Shown: positions 27,541 through 36,027 of the stretch, piece after piece | Layout of the letters: every line of letters begins with the position of its first letter | Position numbering within the stretch: the stretch's first letter is position 1 | Assembly: GCA_021801565.1 (NCBI GenBank) | Contig: JAJYXV010000003.1 | Location: 68,894 to 132,893, forward strand | DNA length: 64,000 nt | Source of the DNA: a bacterium | GTDB lineage: Bacteria > Patescibacteriota > Minisyncoccia > UBA6257 > GWB1-50-10 | Direction of reading: 5' to 3' | Notes under the pieces: model-generated | What the model was told of the DNA's origin: nothing | Database searches by the model: none | Seen by the model: the letters and a program-made list of their open reading frames with translations, nothing else | Made by a program: the position numbers and the translations under genes

Positions 27541-28194
27541 ATGGAAAAATCGTTGGAACAAAATCTAGAAAAACAAAAGAAACCTTGGGAGAAACTTCGT
27601 GATCTTACCTCTCTCGTTTCACAAGAGGTAAACAGTTTTGCAAAAGAGGAGTATGGCGTTCGCGGATTGGTAGATGAACACGGATTAATTGATATTGATA
27701 GATTTATTGGTGCTCCGGGGTATTCAGATGAGCAACTTATAAAAGATAAAGAAGAAATATATAAACGCGAAGTGGAATGGAGTGGCGCACGGGATGAAAA
27801 CACTCGCAAATTTTATGCATCAGAATATGGTGTAGAAACAGAGAGGGATATCGTACGTCTCTATTTACAGAAAAAAGAAAGAGAAAAAAACGGGCAGATG
27901 GAAATGTTTGTTGCCGCATTATTTCATAAGATCTTAAAAGATGATTTTCTTATTATGCGAGCGAGTGCATATGATGATTATATAAATGGGATTGACACAG
28001 TGATGGTAAATAAGAAAACCGGAGATATCATCTGTGCGTTTGATGAAGTACATAATCATGAAGAAAGCGATCGGGCAGATAAAAAAGTTGAAAAGATAAA
28101 AAAGAAAGCAAAAAAAGGAGGGTCAACGCTTTCAATTGAGTCAATTTATTTTATATATAGGAGACGTTGTAGGAATGATTTAGAGGAGAGATAA
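27541..28194 (+). CDS. Hypothetical protein (217 aa)
   Basis: Long ORF with no recognisable motif. Confidence 0.5.
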   Translation: MEKSLEQNLEKQKKPWEKLRDLTSLVSQEVNSFAKEEYGVRGLVDEHGLIDIDRFIGAPGYSDEQLIKDKEEIYKREVEWSGARDENTRKFYASEYGVETERDIVRLYLQKKEREKNGQMEMFVAALFHKILKDDFLIMRASAYDDYINGIDTVMVNKKTGDIICAFDEVHNHEESDRADKKVEKIKKKAKKGGSTLSIESIYFIYRRRCRNDLEER

Positions 28195-28201
28195 TTAATG
28201 C

Positions 28202-28459
28202 ATGAAATCATTTACAGAAAATGTGTATAAAATTGTTTGGAAAATTCCAAAGGGAAAAGTATTGACGTATAAACAGATTGCCGAAAAAGCAGGTAGTCCA
28301 TTAGCGAGCCGCGCGGTGGGGAATATCTTAAATAAAAACCACAATCCGCATATTCCCTGTCATCGAGTGATTCGATCGGATGGAAAGCTTGGAGGGTACA
28401 ATAGGGGTCAAAAAGCGAAAAGAGAAATTTTAAGAAAAGAGGGATTTTTATTAAAATGA
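28202..28459 (+). CDS. Standalone methylated-DNA-protein-cysteine methyltransferase (MGMT) C-terminal DNA-binding domain protein (85 aa)
   Basis: HIPCHRVIRSDGKLGGY contains the PCHRV active-site signature of the Ogt/Ada C-terminal domain. Confidence 0.7.
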   Translation: MKSFTENVYKIVWKIPKGKVLTYKQIAEKAGSPLASRAVGNILNKNHNPHIPCHRVIRSDGKLGGYNRGQKAKREILRKEGFLLK

Positions 28460-28463
28460 ATTT

Positions 28464-28925
28464 ATGAACAAGACATCGCTCAAAAATTTTCTTCTCAAGG
28501 CTCGGACAAAAACGTACGCAGGAAATGAAGGAAGGGTAAAACCTATTTTGAATGGTTCTAAACAGTTGGAATACAAAGAGGGGGAATGGATTTACCGTGA
28601 TGTGTATTATGGCGGAAATAAAATATTCGTAGGAATTGAGACGGTTTATTTTAAAAATAAAGCGGTGTGGAGTATGTCATATTATGGCAATTTCAAAAAG
28701 ATGACGGAAAAAGAAATAGATTTAGTATTACGCGTAGCACTTTTGGAAAATTGGAAAACAGCGCGAACATGGAAACGAGTGGTATGGGAAAAAGGAAAAT
28801 ATACATATATGTGTGAACCAGATTTTGGAAAGTCAGTGGAAGAAATTGGCGGAACAGAGAAGATTTTGAAAAATAGAAAGGGGGTATACAACTTTTTTTA
28901 TTTTGGTGGATTGTTGGTGAGGTAA
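28464..28925 (+). CDS. Hypothetical protein (153 aa)
   Basis: ORF with no recognisable motif. Confidence 0.5.
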   Translation: MNKTSLKNFLLKARTKTYAGNEGRVKPILNGSKQLEYKEGEWIYRDVYYGGNKIFVGIETVYFKNKAVWSMSYYGNFKKMTEKEIDLVLRVALLENWKTARTWKRVVWEKGKYTYMCEPDFGKSVEEIGGTEKILKNRKGVYNFFYFGGLLVR

Positions 28926-28954
28926 GAATCATCTCTGATTTTTTATCTATCTTT

Positions 28955-28992
28955 CCCTCATTCTAATGTTCTCAAGAACATTAGAATGAGGG
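28955..28992. promoter_or_regulatory. 38-nt palindrome (18-bp arms, core AATGTTCTCAAGAACATT) overlapping the start region of the ArsR-like gene
   Basis: ccctcattctaatgttct-ca-agaacattagaatgaggg. Related copies at 29274-29299, 51964-52003 and 30513-30534. Confidence 0.45.
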
Positions 28993-29306
28993 GGGAGGAA
29001 AGTGATATAATAAAGAATATGAAAGGGGATGGGGGAAGGTCAAAGTTTTATACACTAGAAAAGATAATAAAAGGAGCAAGCAATCATCGAAGGGTTGAAA
29101 TTTTATACCTCTTAAAAGAAAAGCCAAATCTTTCGGTTTTCGATATATCGGAAAAATTAAAGTGTAATTTCAAGACTATTTCCGAACATACGCGTCGGTT
29201 GGTGCAATCTGGGTTGATTTCGAAATATTCTGATGGAAGCTCGGTTCGTCACGAAATTACTTTATTGGGGGAAAATGTTCTCAAGTTCTTGAGAACATTG
29301 GAATAA
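28986..29306 (+). CDS. ArsR/SmtB-family winged-helix transcriptional regulator
   Basis: HRRVEILYLLKEKPNLSVFDISEKL...TISEHTRRLVQSGLI is a helix-turn-helix of the ArsR type. The likely start is the Met at 29019, after a GGGGGAGGAAAG RBS. Confidence 0.6.
   Translation: MRGEESDIIKNMKGDGGRSKFYTLEKIIKGASNHRRVEILYLLKEKPNLSVFDISEKLKCNFKTISEHTRRLVQSGLISKYSDGSSVRHEITLLGENVLKFLRTLE
29274..29299. promoter_or_regulatory. Palindrome AATGTTCTCAAG-TT-CTTGAGAACATT at the 3' end of the ArsR-like gene, upstream of the methyltransferase gene
   Basis: 12-bp arms. Shares the half-site with 28955-28992 and 51964-52003. Confidence 0.4.
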
Positions 29307-29341
29307 ATATTTGTATAAATGTATAGGATATATACACATAT

Positions 29342-30463
29342 ATGGGTATATTGGCTATAAAAAAGTTACTTTTATCTGCTGGAGTGGAGGTGAACGGAAG
29401 AAATCCGTGGGATATACAGATTAAAGATGAGCGAACATATGCACGCGTGCTTCGTGGTGGATCGTTGGGGCTTGGAGAGGCATATATGGATGGCTGGTGG
29501 AATGCTGAAAAACTTGACGAGTTTTTTGATCGCATACTTCGTTTTCAGATTGAGAGAAGCGTTACTCTTACACTCCCTCTTATTTGGCAGGCACTTGTTG
29601 CGCGCGTAGTAAATCGTCAGGCGCGACAAAAAGCGTTTCATATTGGTGAACGACACTACGATACGGGAAATGATATTTTTGAACTAATGCTTGGAAAAAC
29701 GATGGCATATTCATGCGGATATTGGAACTTGCCAGCCGGTGGAGTAAAAAATCTCGATGAAGCACAAGAGGCAAAGTTTGATCTTGTCTGCAGAAAAATG
29801 GAATTAAAATCAGGAATGCATATTCTTGATATCGGATGCGGGTGGGGAACATTTATGAAATATGCCGTCGAGCATTATGGAGTGAGTGCTGTTGGATTCA
29901 CTGTTTCAAAAGAACAGGCAGAGTGGGGAAAAAATGTATGTCGAGGATTACCGATTGAAATTCGTCTTGAAGATTATCGAAATATTTCAGAATCTTTTGA
30001 TCGTATTATTTCCATTGGAATGTTTGAACATGTCGGATACAAAAACTATCGGTCATTCATGCGCGTAGTTGCACGATGTCTTAAAGATAATGGATTGTTT
30101 TTACTCCACACAATTGGAAATAGCCGTTCTACAAGAACGGGGGATGCGTGGATGGAACGATATATTTTTCCTGGGGGACAACTTCCTTCAATTCGACAAA
30201 TTGGGGCTGCGATAGAAGATGTATTTGTTATGGAAGATTGGCACAATTTTGGGACTGACTATGATAAGACACTTATGGCGTGGTATGTAAATTTTGAAAA
30301 AAACTGGCCGAGTTTAAAAGAAAAATATGGCGATCGTTTTTACCGAATGTGGACATATTATCTTCTTTCATGTGCGGGAGCGTTTCGCTCGAGAAAAATG
30401 CAACTTTGGCAAATTATCCTTTCAAAAAAAGGTGTTTTAGGTGGGTGGAGGGCGGTGCGATAG
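29342..30463 (+). CDS. Cyclopropane-fatty-acyl-phospholipid synthase family SAM-dependent methyltransferase
   Basis: ILDIGCGWGTFMKYAVEHYGVSAVGFTVSKEQ SAM-binding motif and overall CFA-synthase-like architecture. Confidence 0.8.
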   Translation: MGILAIKKLLLSAGVEVNGRNPWDIQIKDERTYARVLRGGSLGLGEAYMDGWWNAEKLDEFFDRILRFQIERSVTLTLPLIWQALVARVVNRQARQKAFHIGERHYDTGNDIFELMLGKTMAYSCGYWNLPAGGVKNLDEAQEAKFDLVCRKMELKSGMHILDIGCGWGTFMKYAVEHYGVSAVGFTVSKEQAEWGKNVCRGLPIEIRLEDYRNISESFDRIISIGMFEHVGYKNYRSFMRVVARCLKDNGLFLLHTIGNSRSTRTGDAWMERYIFPGGQLPSIRQIGAAIEDVFVMEDWHNFGTDYDKTLMAWYVNFEKNWPSLKEKYGDRFYRMWTYYLLSCAGAFRSRKMQLWQIILSKKGVLGGWRAVR

Positions 30464-30512
30464 CGGCCAATAAAAAAAACTTCAATCAATTTGAGGTTTT
30501 TAATTCAACACC

Positions 30513-30534
30513 CTAATATTCTGCAGAATATTAG
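30513..30534. repeat. Perfect 22-nt palindrome CTAATATTCTGCAGAATATTAG between convergent genes
   Basis: Self-complementary. Shares the CTAAT...TTCT..AGAA...ATTAG architecture with the palindromes around the ArsR-like gene. Confidence 0.4.
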
Positions 30535-30544
30535 AATATTATCT

Positions 30545-31705
30545 CTACTTTATTTTTTCTTTGAGCACTCTAATTTTTTCCGCAGAGGTGTAAATATTTG
30601 AAATAGAAACATCTCCGGTTTGTATCGCATTCCAGATTGCATCAATAGCGCGTTTCGGTGAAGATTCGTCATAGACATTTCCATTATTTGAAATAATGAG
30701 CATATTAGTTCCTGCTTTTACAGCTTTTACCACAGCATCTTCAAATCCATAATTATTTCGTATTGCTCCCATATCCATATCATCAGATATAACAACTCCA
30801 TCAAATCCAAGTTCTTCACGGAGTATATTTTGTATGAATTTTTCTGAAAGTGATGCGGGATAATCTTGGTCAATATTTTTATTGAACACATGTGCCACCA
30901 TAACAGTGTCCACAAGTTTCTTTTCAATGAGAGTTCTGAATGGTTCAAGTTCTTTGTTTTTATATGTCTTTGTGATGTCAACTATTCCAAGATGGCTATC
31001 TGTATTTGAACTTCCGTGCCCGGGGAAGTGTTTTATTGAGGTAAGTATATTGAAGTCGTGGAGACCCGAAATGAATTCTGAGGCATGTATAACAACAAGA
31101 TTTGGATTATCACTAAATGAGCGCTCAAGCTTTCCAATAATGGGATTTTGTGGGTTTGTATTCAAGTCAACTACTGGTGCAAAATTAAGATTAATTCCGA
31201 GTTCCGAAAGTTCTTTTCCTAGTATTTCGGCAGTACGGTGAGTTTTCTTTTTTTGTTCCTTTCCGAGCATCTCATGTGAGGGAATGTCAGAAAATCCGTA
31301 TGCGGGTTTAAGTCTATTCACCATTCCACCTTCCGCGTCAATTGAGATAAGGAGGGGGGTTTCAGAATATGAAACAATATCAGAAACTAGTTTTTTTGTT
31401 TGTGTGGGATTTATTATATTTCGTTCTTTTATGCCGCTTGGAATGTCATAGTCAAAAAGAATAATCCCCCCAATATTGAGATCTTTTATTGTTCTAATAA
31501 TATATGAGTTTTCATTCACAGAAGTTCCACGGAATCCAATAATGAACATTTGTCCGATAAGTTTTCGTGTTTTAATTTCACTAAGATCAGCTTTTTCTGT
31601 GTTAACCTTGCCGTTTTTAAGAATAACTGAAGACGGAATGAAATAGAGCCATATTACCGTGACTATAATTACCACAATAAGAAAAATAGAAATATTTTTT
31701 TTCAT
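30545..31705 (-). CDS. Glycoside hydrolase family 3 beta-N-acetylhexosaminidase (NagZ-like), membrane-anchored
   Basis: KHFPGHGSSNTDSHLG motif with an N-terminal TM. The ORF track extends to 31870, but the start is probably MKKNISIFL at 31705. Confidence 0.8.
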   Translation of the reverse strand: MKKNISIFLIVVIIVTVIWLYFIPSSVILKNGKVNTEKADLSEIKTRKLIGQMFIIGFRGTSVNENSYIIRTIKDLNIGGIILFDYDIPSGIKERNIINPTQTKKLVSDIVSYSETPLLISIDAEGGMVNRLKPAYGFSDIPSHEMLGKEQKKKTHRTAEILGKELSELGINLNFAPVVDLNTNPQNPIIGKLERSFSDNPNLVVIHASEFISGLHDFNILTSIKHFPGHGSSNTDSHLGIVDITKTYKNKELEPFRTLIEKKLVDTVMVAHVFNKNIDQDYPASLSEKFIQNILREELGFDGVVISDDMDMGAIRNNYGFEDAVVKAVKAGTNMLIISNNGNVYDESSPKRAIDAIWNAIQTGDVSISNIYTSAEKIRVLKEKIK

Positions 31706-31847
31706 TTTGATATATAGATTATATCGTATATAGATTATATTTTGTATTTTCTTCCTTATTTCAATATTCTTAAAGGTATTAGAATAAGTAATTCTTGGTT
31801 TTTTTATATTATTTACTCCGTTCGCTTTTTCTTTTATTATTAATAGG

Positions 31848-33248
31848 ATGAGGATACTCACAAAGGACATTGGGAAATATGAGGGGAAGGAGATAGAACT
31901 CTTGGGATGGGTGGACGTGCGGCGTGATCATGGAAAACTTATTTTTATTGATCTTCGCGATCGGACAGGAATCGCTCAGGTGGTGTTTCTTCCGAACAAT
32001 AAAGAGCTCCATGAGGTTGCTGATACACTCCGGTCGGAATGGGTGGTTTCCATTAAAGGAACTGTTGCAAAGCGCCCCAAAGGGATGATAAATGAGAAGA
32101 TTTTAAGTGGGCAGTACGAAATTGCGGCGACCGGGCTGGAAGTAATTACACAGGCAAAAACACCCCCATTTGACCTCCAAAACGATGGAAAAGATATTGG
32201 TGAGGATGTGCGGTTAAAATATCGATATCTCGACCTTCGACGTCCACGTCTCCAAAAAAATATACGGATGCGCGCGAAAGTAAATCAGTTTATTCGCGAG
32301 TTTCTCTCAGCACAGGATTTTGTGGAAGTAGAAACCCCAATTATCAGCAAATCAACACCGGAAGGTGCGCGTGATTATCTTGTACCCAGCAGAGTGCATA
32401 GCGGAAAATTTTATGCGCTTCCACAGTCACCACAACAATATAAGCAGTTGCTTATGGTTGCAGGAATGGAGCGATATTTCCAAATTGCCCGATGTTTCCG
32501 TGATGAAGATACGCGCGGTGATCGCCAGCCGGAATTTACGCAACTTGATATTGAATTAAGTTTTCCGACTCAGGAAGAAATTCTTTCACTCATTGAATCA
32601 CTTTTTATAAATCTTGTGAAAGTGTTGTATCCAGAGAAGCGTATTACCCAAACTCCATTTCCACGTCTCTCATATAAGGAAGCAATGGAAAAATATAATT
32701 CGGATAAACCTGATTTAAGAAAAGATAAGAATGATCCAAATGAACTTGCATTTGTGTTTGTTGTCGATTTTCCTGCGTTTGAATGGAAGGAATCCGAAAA
32801 GCGATGGGATGCAACACATCATCCGTTTACAAAACCAAATGTGTTGAATGCAGAAGATTTTAAAAAGAAATTTAAAGAAGATGCGGGTGCAATTTTTGCC
32901 GAGCAATACGACTTAGCATTGAACGGTTTTGAAATTGCAGGAGGGTCGATTCGTATACACGATTCAGCATTATTACAGTCGGTGTTTGAAGCGATGGGAA
33001 ATAAGACAGAAGATGTAATCGCAAAATTTGGGCATATGCTTGAGGCATTTCAGTATGGAGTTCCACCGCATGGGGGAATTGCCTCTGGACTTGATCGCGT
33101 GATGGCAATTTTAGAAAATGAACCCAATATTCGCGAAGTCATCGCATTTCCAAAGACAGGAGACGGACGCGATCTTATGATGGATGCACCGTCGGATGTC
33201 ACCGACGATCAATTGAGGGAATTACACATAAAAGTCAGAGAAAAATAA
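31848..33248 (+). CDS. aspS: Aspartyl-tRNA synthetase, short form (466 aa)
   Basis: N-terminal OB fold LLGWVDVRRDHGKLIFIDLRDRTG and class II motifs FRDEDTRGDRQPEFTQLD and GGSIRIHD. Appears to lack a GAD insertion. Confidence 0.9.
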   Translation: MRILTKDIGKYEGKEIELLGWVDVRRDHGKLIFIDLRDRTGIAQVVFLPNNKELHEVADTLRSEWVVSIKGTVAKRPKGMINEKILSGQYEIAATGLEVITQAKTPPFDLQNDGKDIGEDVRLKYRYLDLRRPRLQKNIRMRAKVNQFIREFLSAQDFVEVETPIISKSTPEGARDYLVPSRVHSGKFYALPQSPQQYKQLLMVAGMERYFQIARCFRDEDTRGDRQPEFTQLDIELSFPTQEEILSLIESLFINLVKVLYPEKRITQTPFPRLSYKEAMEKYNSDKPDLRKDKNDPNELAFVFVVDFPAFEWKESEKRWDATHHPFTKPNVLNAEDFKKKFKEDAGAIFAEQYDLALNGFEIAGGSIRIHDSALLQSVFEAMGNKTEDVIAKFGHMLEAFQYGVPPHGGIASGLDRVMAILENEPNIREVIAFPKTGDGRDLMMDAPSDVTDDQLRELHIKVREK

Positions 33249-33273
33249 AAAATAAATAAAATATAACAATATT

Positions 33274-34344
33274 ATGAAGAGTTTTAATTTTCCGGTTTTT
33301 AAGACAAAAATTGAGGGAGAGAAACGAGTGTTTAATCTCGAAGATCCAGTCGGACGAAGGGAGTATTTTACCGCAAAGGCAACTCCCGAAATAGAAAAAA
33401 TAAAAGAATATTTGGAAAGGGGAAGTTTTCTTGCTTTCTTACTTGGTCCAAAAAATTCAGGGAAGGGGACATATTCAAAACTTTTTGCCGAAGCGGTGGG
33501 AAGTGATCGTATTAAACATATTTCTGTTGGAGATGTAGTGAGAAGTGTTCATAAAAGTTTTTCTGATGAAGCAAAAAAGAAAGAACTTATTGAGTATTTG
33601 GAAAAGAACTATCGCGGATTTCTTCCTATTGAAAAAGCGATTGAAGTATTTCTCGGAAGGGATACCTCGAATCTTCTTCCAACGGAATTTATTCTTGCGC
33701 TTCTAAAACGCGAGATAGATCTTGCGGGGAAAAAAGCAGTGTTTGTTGATGGATTTCCAAGGAGTTTAGATCAGATTTCCTATTCTCTCTTTTTCCGTGA
33801 GTTGATGGGGTACCAAGACAATCCGGACATTTTCATTTTTATCGATGTTCCAGAAACAATTATTGATGAGCGTATGAAAACACGTGTGATTTGTCCGAAG
33901 TGTCAGACACCACGAAATCCAAAACTTTTAAAAACAAAAGAAGTTGGGTTCGATAAAGAAAAAAATGTGTTCTACCTTATGTGTGATAATCCGGCGTGTG
34001 ATAATGCGCGTATGGGTCCAAAAGAAGGAGACGAACTTGGAATTGAAGCAGTACGGAATAGAATTGAGATCGATAAAAAAGTAATGACTACACTTCTCGA
34101 ATTACAGGGAGTTCCAAAAATATATTTGAGAAATGATGTTCCGGTTTCCGAAGCTTCGGAATATCTTGATGAATACGAAATTACTCCTGCATATCGTTAT
34201 GAATTTGATGAAAAAACAGGAACAGTGAATACGTTTACAGAACCTTGGGTTATTAATGACGAAGAAGGAGTTCCTTCTCACAGTCTTCTCCCAGCGGCAA
34301 TTGTATTGTCTCTCATAAAACAATTTTCGAAGATTCTTGGATAA
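33274..34344 (+). CDS. Adenylate-kinase-family protein with N- and C-terminal extensions and a zinc-ribbon lid (356 aa)
   Basis: LLGPKNSGKGTYSKLF P-loop, HISVGDVVRS NMP-binding, and a lid with CPKC...C..C. Confidence 0.55.
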   Translation: MKSFNFPVFKTKIEGEKRVFNLEDPVGRREYFTAKATPEIEKIKEYLERGSFLAFLLGPKNSGKGTYSKLFAEAVGSDRIKHISVGDVVRSVHKSFSDEAKKKELIEYLEKNYRGFLPIEKAIEVFLGRDTSNLLPTEFILALLKREIDLAGKKAVFVDGFPRSLDQISYSLFFRELMGYQDNPDIFIFIDVPETIIDERMKTRVICPKCQTPRNPKLLKTKEVGFDKEKNVFYLMCDNPACDNARMGPKEGDELGIEAVRNRIEIDKKVMTTLLELQGVPKIYLRNDVPVSEASEYLDEYEITPAYRYEFDEKTGTVNTFTEPWVINDEEGVPSHSLLPAAIVLSLIKQFSKILG

Positions 34345-34792
34345 TTTTATGCCTCAAGAAGCAAAAAAAATAGGCGTTGGATTTGGAATTATGCTTTTTA
34401 GAGATGGGAAAATTCTTCTTGGGAGGAGAAATAAGGATGCAGAAAAGGCATCAAGTGCACTTCATGGAGAAGGAACATGGACAATGCCTGGAGGAAAACT
34501 TCATTTCTTTGAGACATTTGAAGATGGGGCAAAAAGAGAAGTAGCCGAAGAGACGGGAATTAAGGTAAAATCAATAGATTTTATCAGTATTACAAATAAC
34601 ATAGTTTCTGACGCACATTTTGTCACACTTGGGTTCTTTTGTACTGATTTTGATGGGGAAGCAGAAGTATTAGAACCAGATGAAATAGAAGAATGGCAAT
34701 GGTTTCCTTTAAATAAACTTCCAACCCCCATATACAAGCCATCAGAAGAAGTGATAAGAAACTATCTAGAGAAAGTTATTTATAGAGGATAA
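34337..34792 (+). CDS. NUDIX hydrolase
   Basis: Nudix box GGKLHFFETFEDGAKREVAEETGI. Confidence 0.8.
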   Translation: MDNFMPQEAKKIGVGFGIMLFRDGKILLGRRNKDAEKASSALHGEGTWTMPGGKLHFFETFEDGAKREVAEETGIKVKSIDFISITNNIVSDAHFVTLGFFCTDFDGEAEVLEPDEIEEWQWFPLNKLPTPIYKPSEEVIRNYLEKVIYRG

Positions 34793-34799
34793 TTCTTCA

Positions 34800-35095
34800 G
34801 ATATAACTTATGCACAGGAGCCTCTCGACAAGCGAGGCTTCGTGCTATAATAAAGAAGTCCCGTAATTTAGGTTTCGGATCAAATAATTTTTCAAAGGGA
34901 TTCCTTTATATCGTGATACAATTGAGGATCACAAACGCTATATCTTCTTGAGTATCTGATGCGGAAACCCACTTGGCATTTAATGCCGGAAACCCTAATG
35001 CGGGATTTTTGTTTTTCTAGTGGTAGCACCTCTTTACTTGTTGAGCAGGAAAACTCGATTTGCAGATGCATGCGAGTTTTTTTTTATAATATGAT
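34800..35095 (+). other. Gene-free structured region between convergent genes; candidate ncRNA ending in a hairpin and T-run
   Basis: No long ORF. Hairpins cctCTCGAcaaGCGAGgct and aaCTCGA...GCGAGttttttttt, and a repeated cggaaaccc. About 420 nt without annotation in an otherwise compact region. Confidence 0.2.
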
Positions 35096-35213
35096 TTATT
35101 CAGATCCTTTTTTTGTTGTAACCGTCTTATTCTAAAAATTCTCATGGTTTGCGCAGTCAAGTTTCTATATGAATATAACCGCAAGCGAGATGATGGAAAA
35201 AATATATACTTGC

Positions 35214-35924
35214 TTAATATATTCCGTACGTAAGTTTTCTTATGAGTATTTTGACGATTGCTATATTATGTGAAAATGTCATTTTTTTTCCTTCTTTGTA
35301 CCATCGAGGGTTGTAAGAAATTGGCACTTCTTTTATAGATAATTTTTCCCTCGCAATTTCTTCACTCAACCGAATTACGTCAAACACAAAATCGTTGTCC
35401 TCTATAGGAAGTAGGTTGGGGATTATTTTTTGGGGAAATATCTTATAACAGGTTGTGATATCAGTAAGATGAGTATGGTAAATTCGGTTAAACATAAATG
35501 TAGCGACAATATCTTCAATGGTATAAAGAATGCTGTTTCTCTTATTCTTTTTAAGAAATCGTGATCCAAACACCACATCAGCTTCGCCTTTTTCGATTGG
35601 GGATAAAAGTGCTTGGTAATCATTAGGGTTATATTCAAGGTCGGCATCTTGTATGAGTATCCAATCTCCATTTGCGAATGAAAGGCCGTGTTTTAGAGCT
35701 CCTCCTTTCCCGAGGTTTTCTTTTCCATAAATAACAGTTACATCAGACGTTTTTTCAATTTCATTCAGTATTTTTGGTGTGTTATCGGTTGATCCATCAT
35801 CTATGACTATGATTTCCGTCTCCCAGTGGGGGAGAACCACTCCAGAAACTTTTTTAATTGTTTCCAGTATTGTTTTTTCCTCGTTATATACAGGGATGAG
35901 GATTGAGAGTTTGTTTTTTTCCAT
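35214..35924 (-). CDS. Family 2 glycosyltransferase (dolichyl/polyprenyl-phosphate sugar transferase-like)
   Basis: LSILIPVYNEE and IIVIDDGSTDNT GT-A motifs. Confidence 0.85.
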   Translation of the reverse strand: MEKNKLSILIPVYNEEKTILETIKKVSGVVLPHWETEIIVIDDGSTDNTPKILNEIEKTSDVTVIYGKENLGKGGALKHGLSFANGDWILIQDADLEYNPNDYQALLSPIEKGEADVVFGSRFLKKNKRNSILYTIEDIVATFMFNRIYHTHLTDITTCYKIFPQKIIPNLLPIEDNDFVFDVIRLSEEIAREKLSIKEVPISYNPRWYKEGKKMTFSHNIAIVKILIRKLTYGIY

Positions 35925-36027
35925 GTCTATTTATCGATTATACCATACTATTCTTCATAATAATTTTCCCATCTTGTCAAATTTGACTAACCAGTTTCAG
36001 AAGTTAGAATGAAAGCCACTCTAATAT

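Noticed and set aside
31706-31870. N-terminal 55 aa of the listed nagZ-like ORF (MSFVSILILLIIKEK...)
   Set aside because: AT-rich read-through upstream of the real start. The Met at 31705 begins a canonical signal-anchor (MKKNISIFLIVVIIV), so the upstream extension is not coding.
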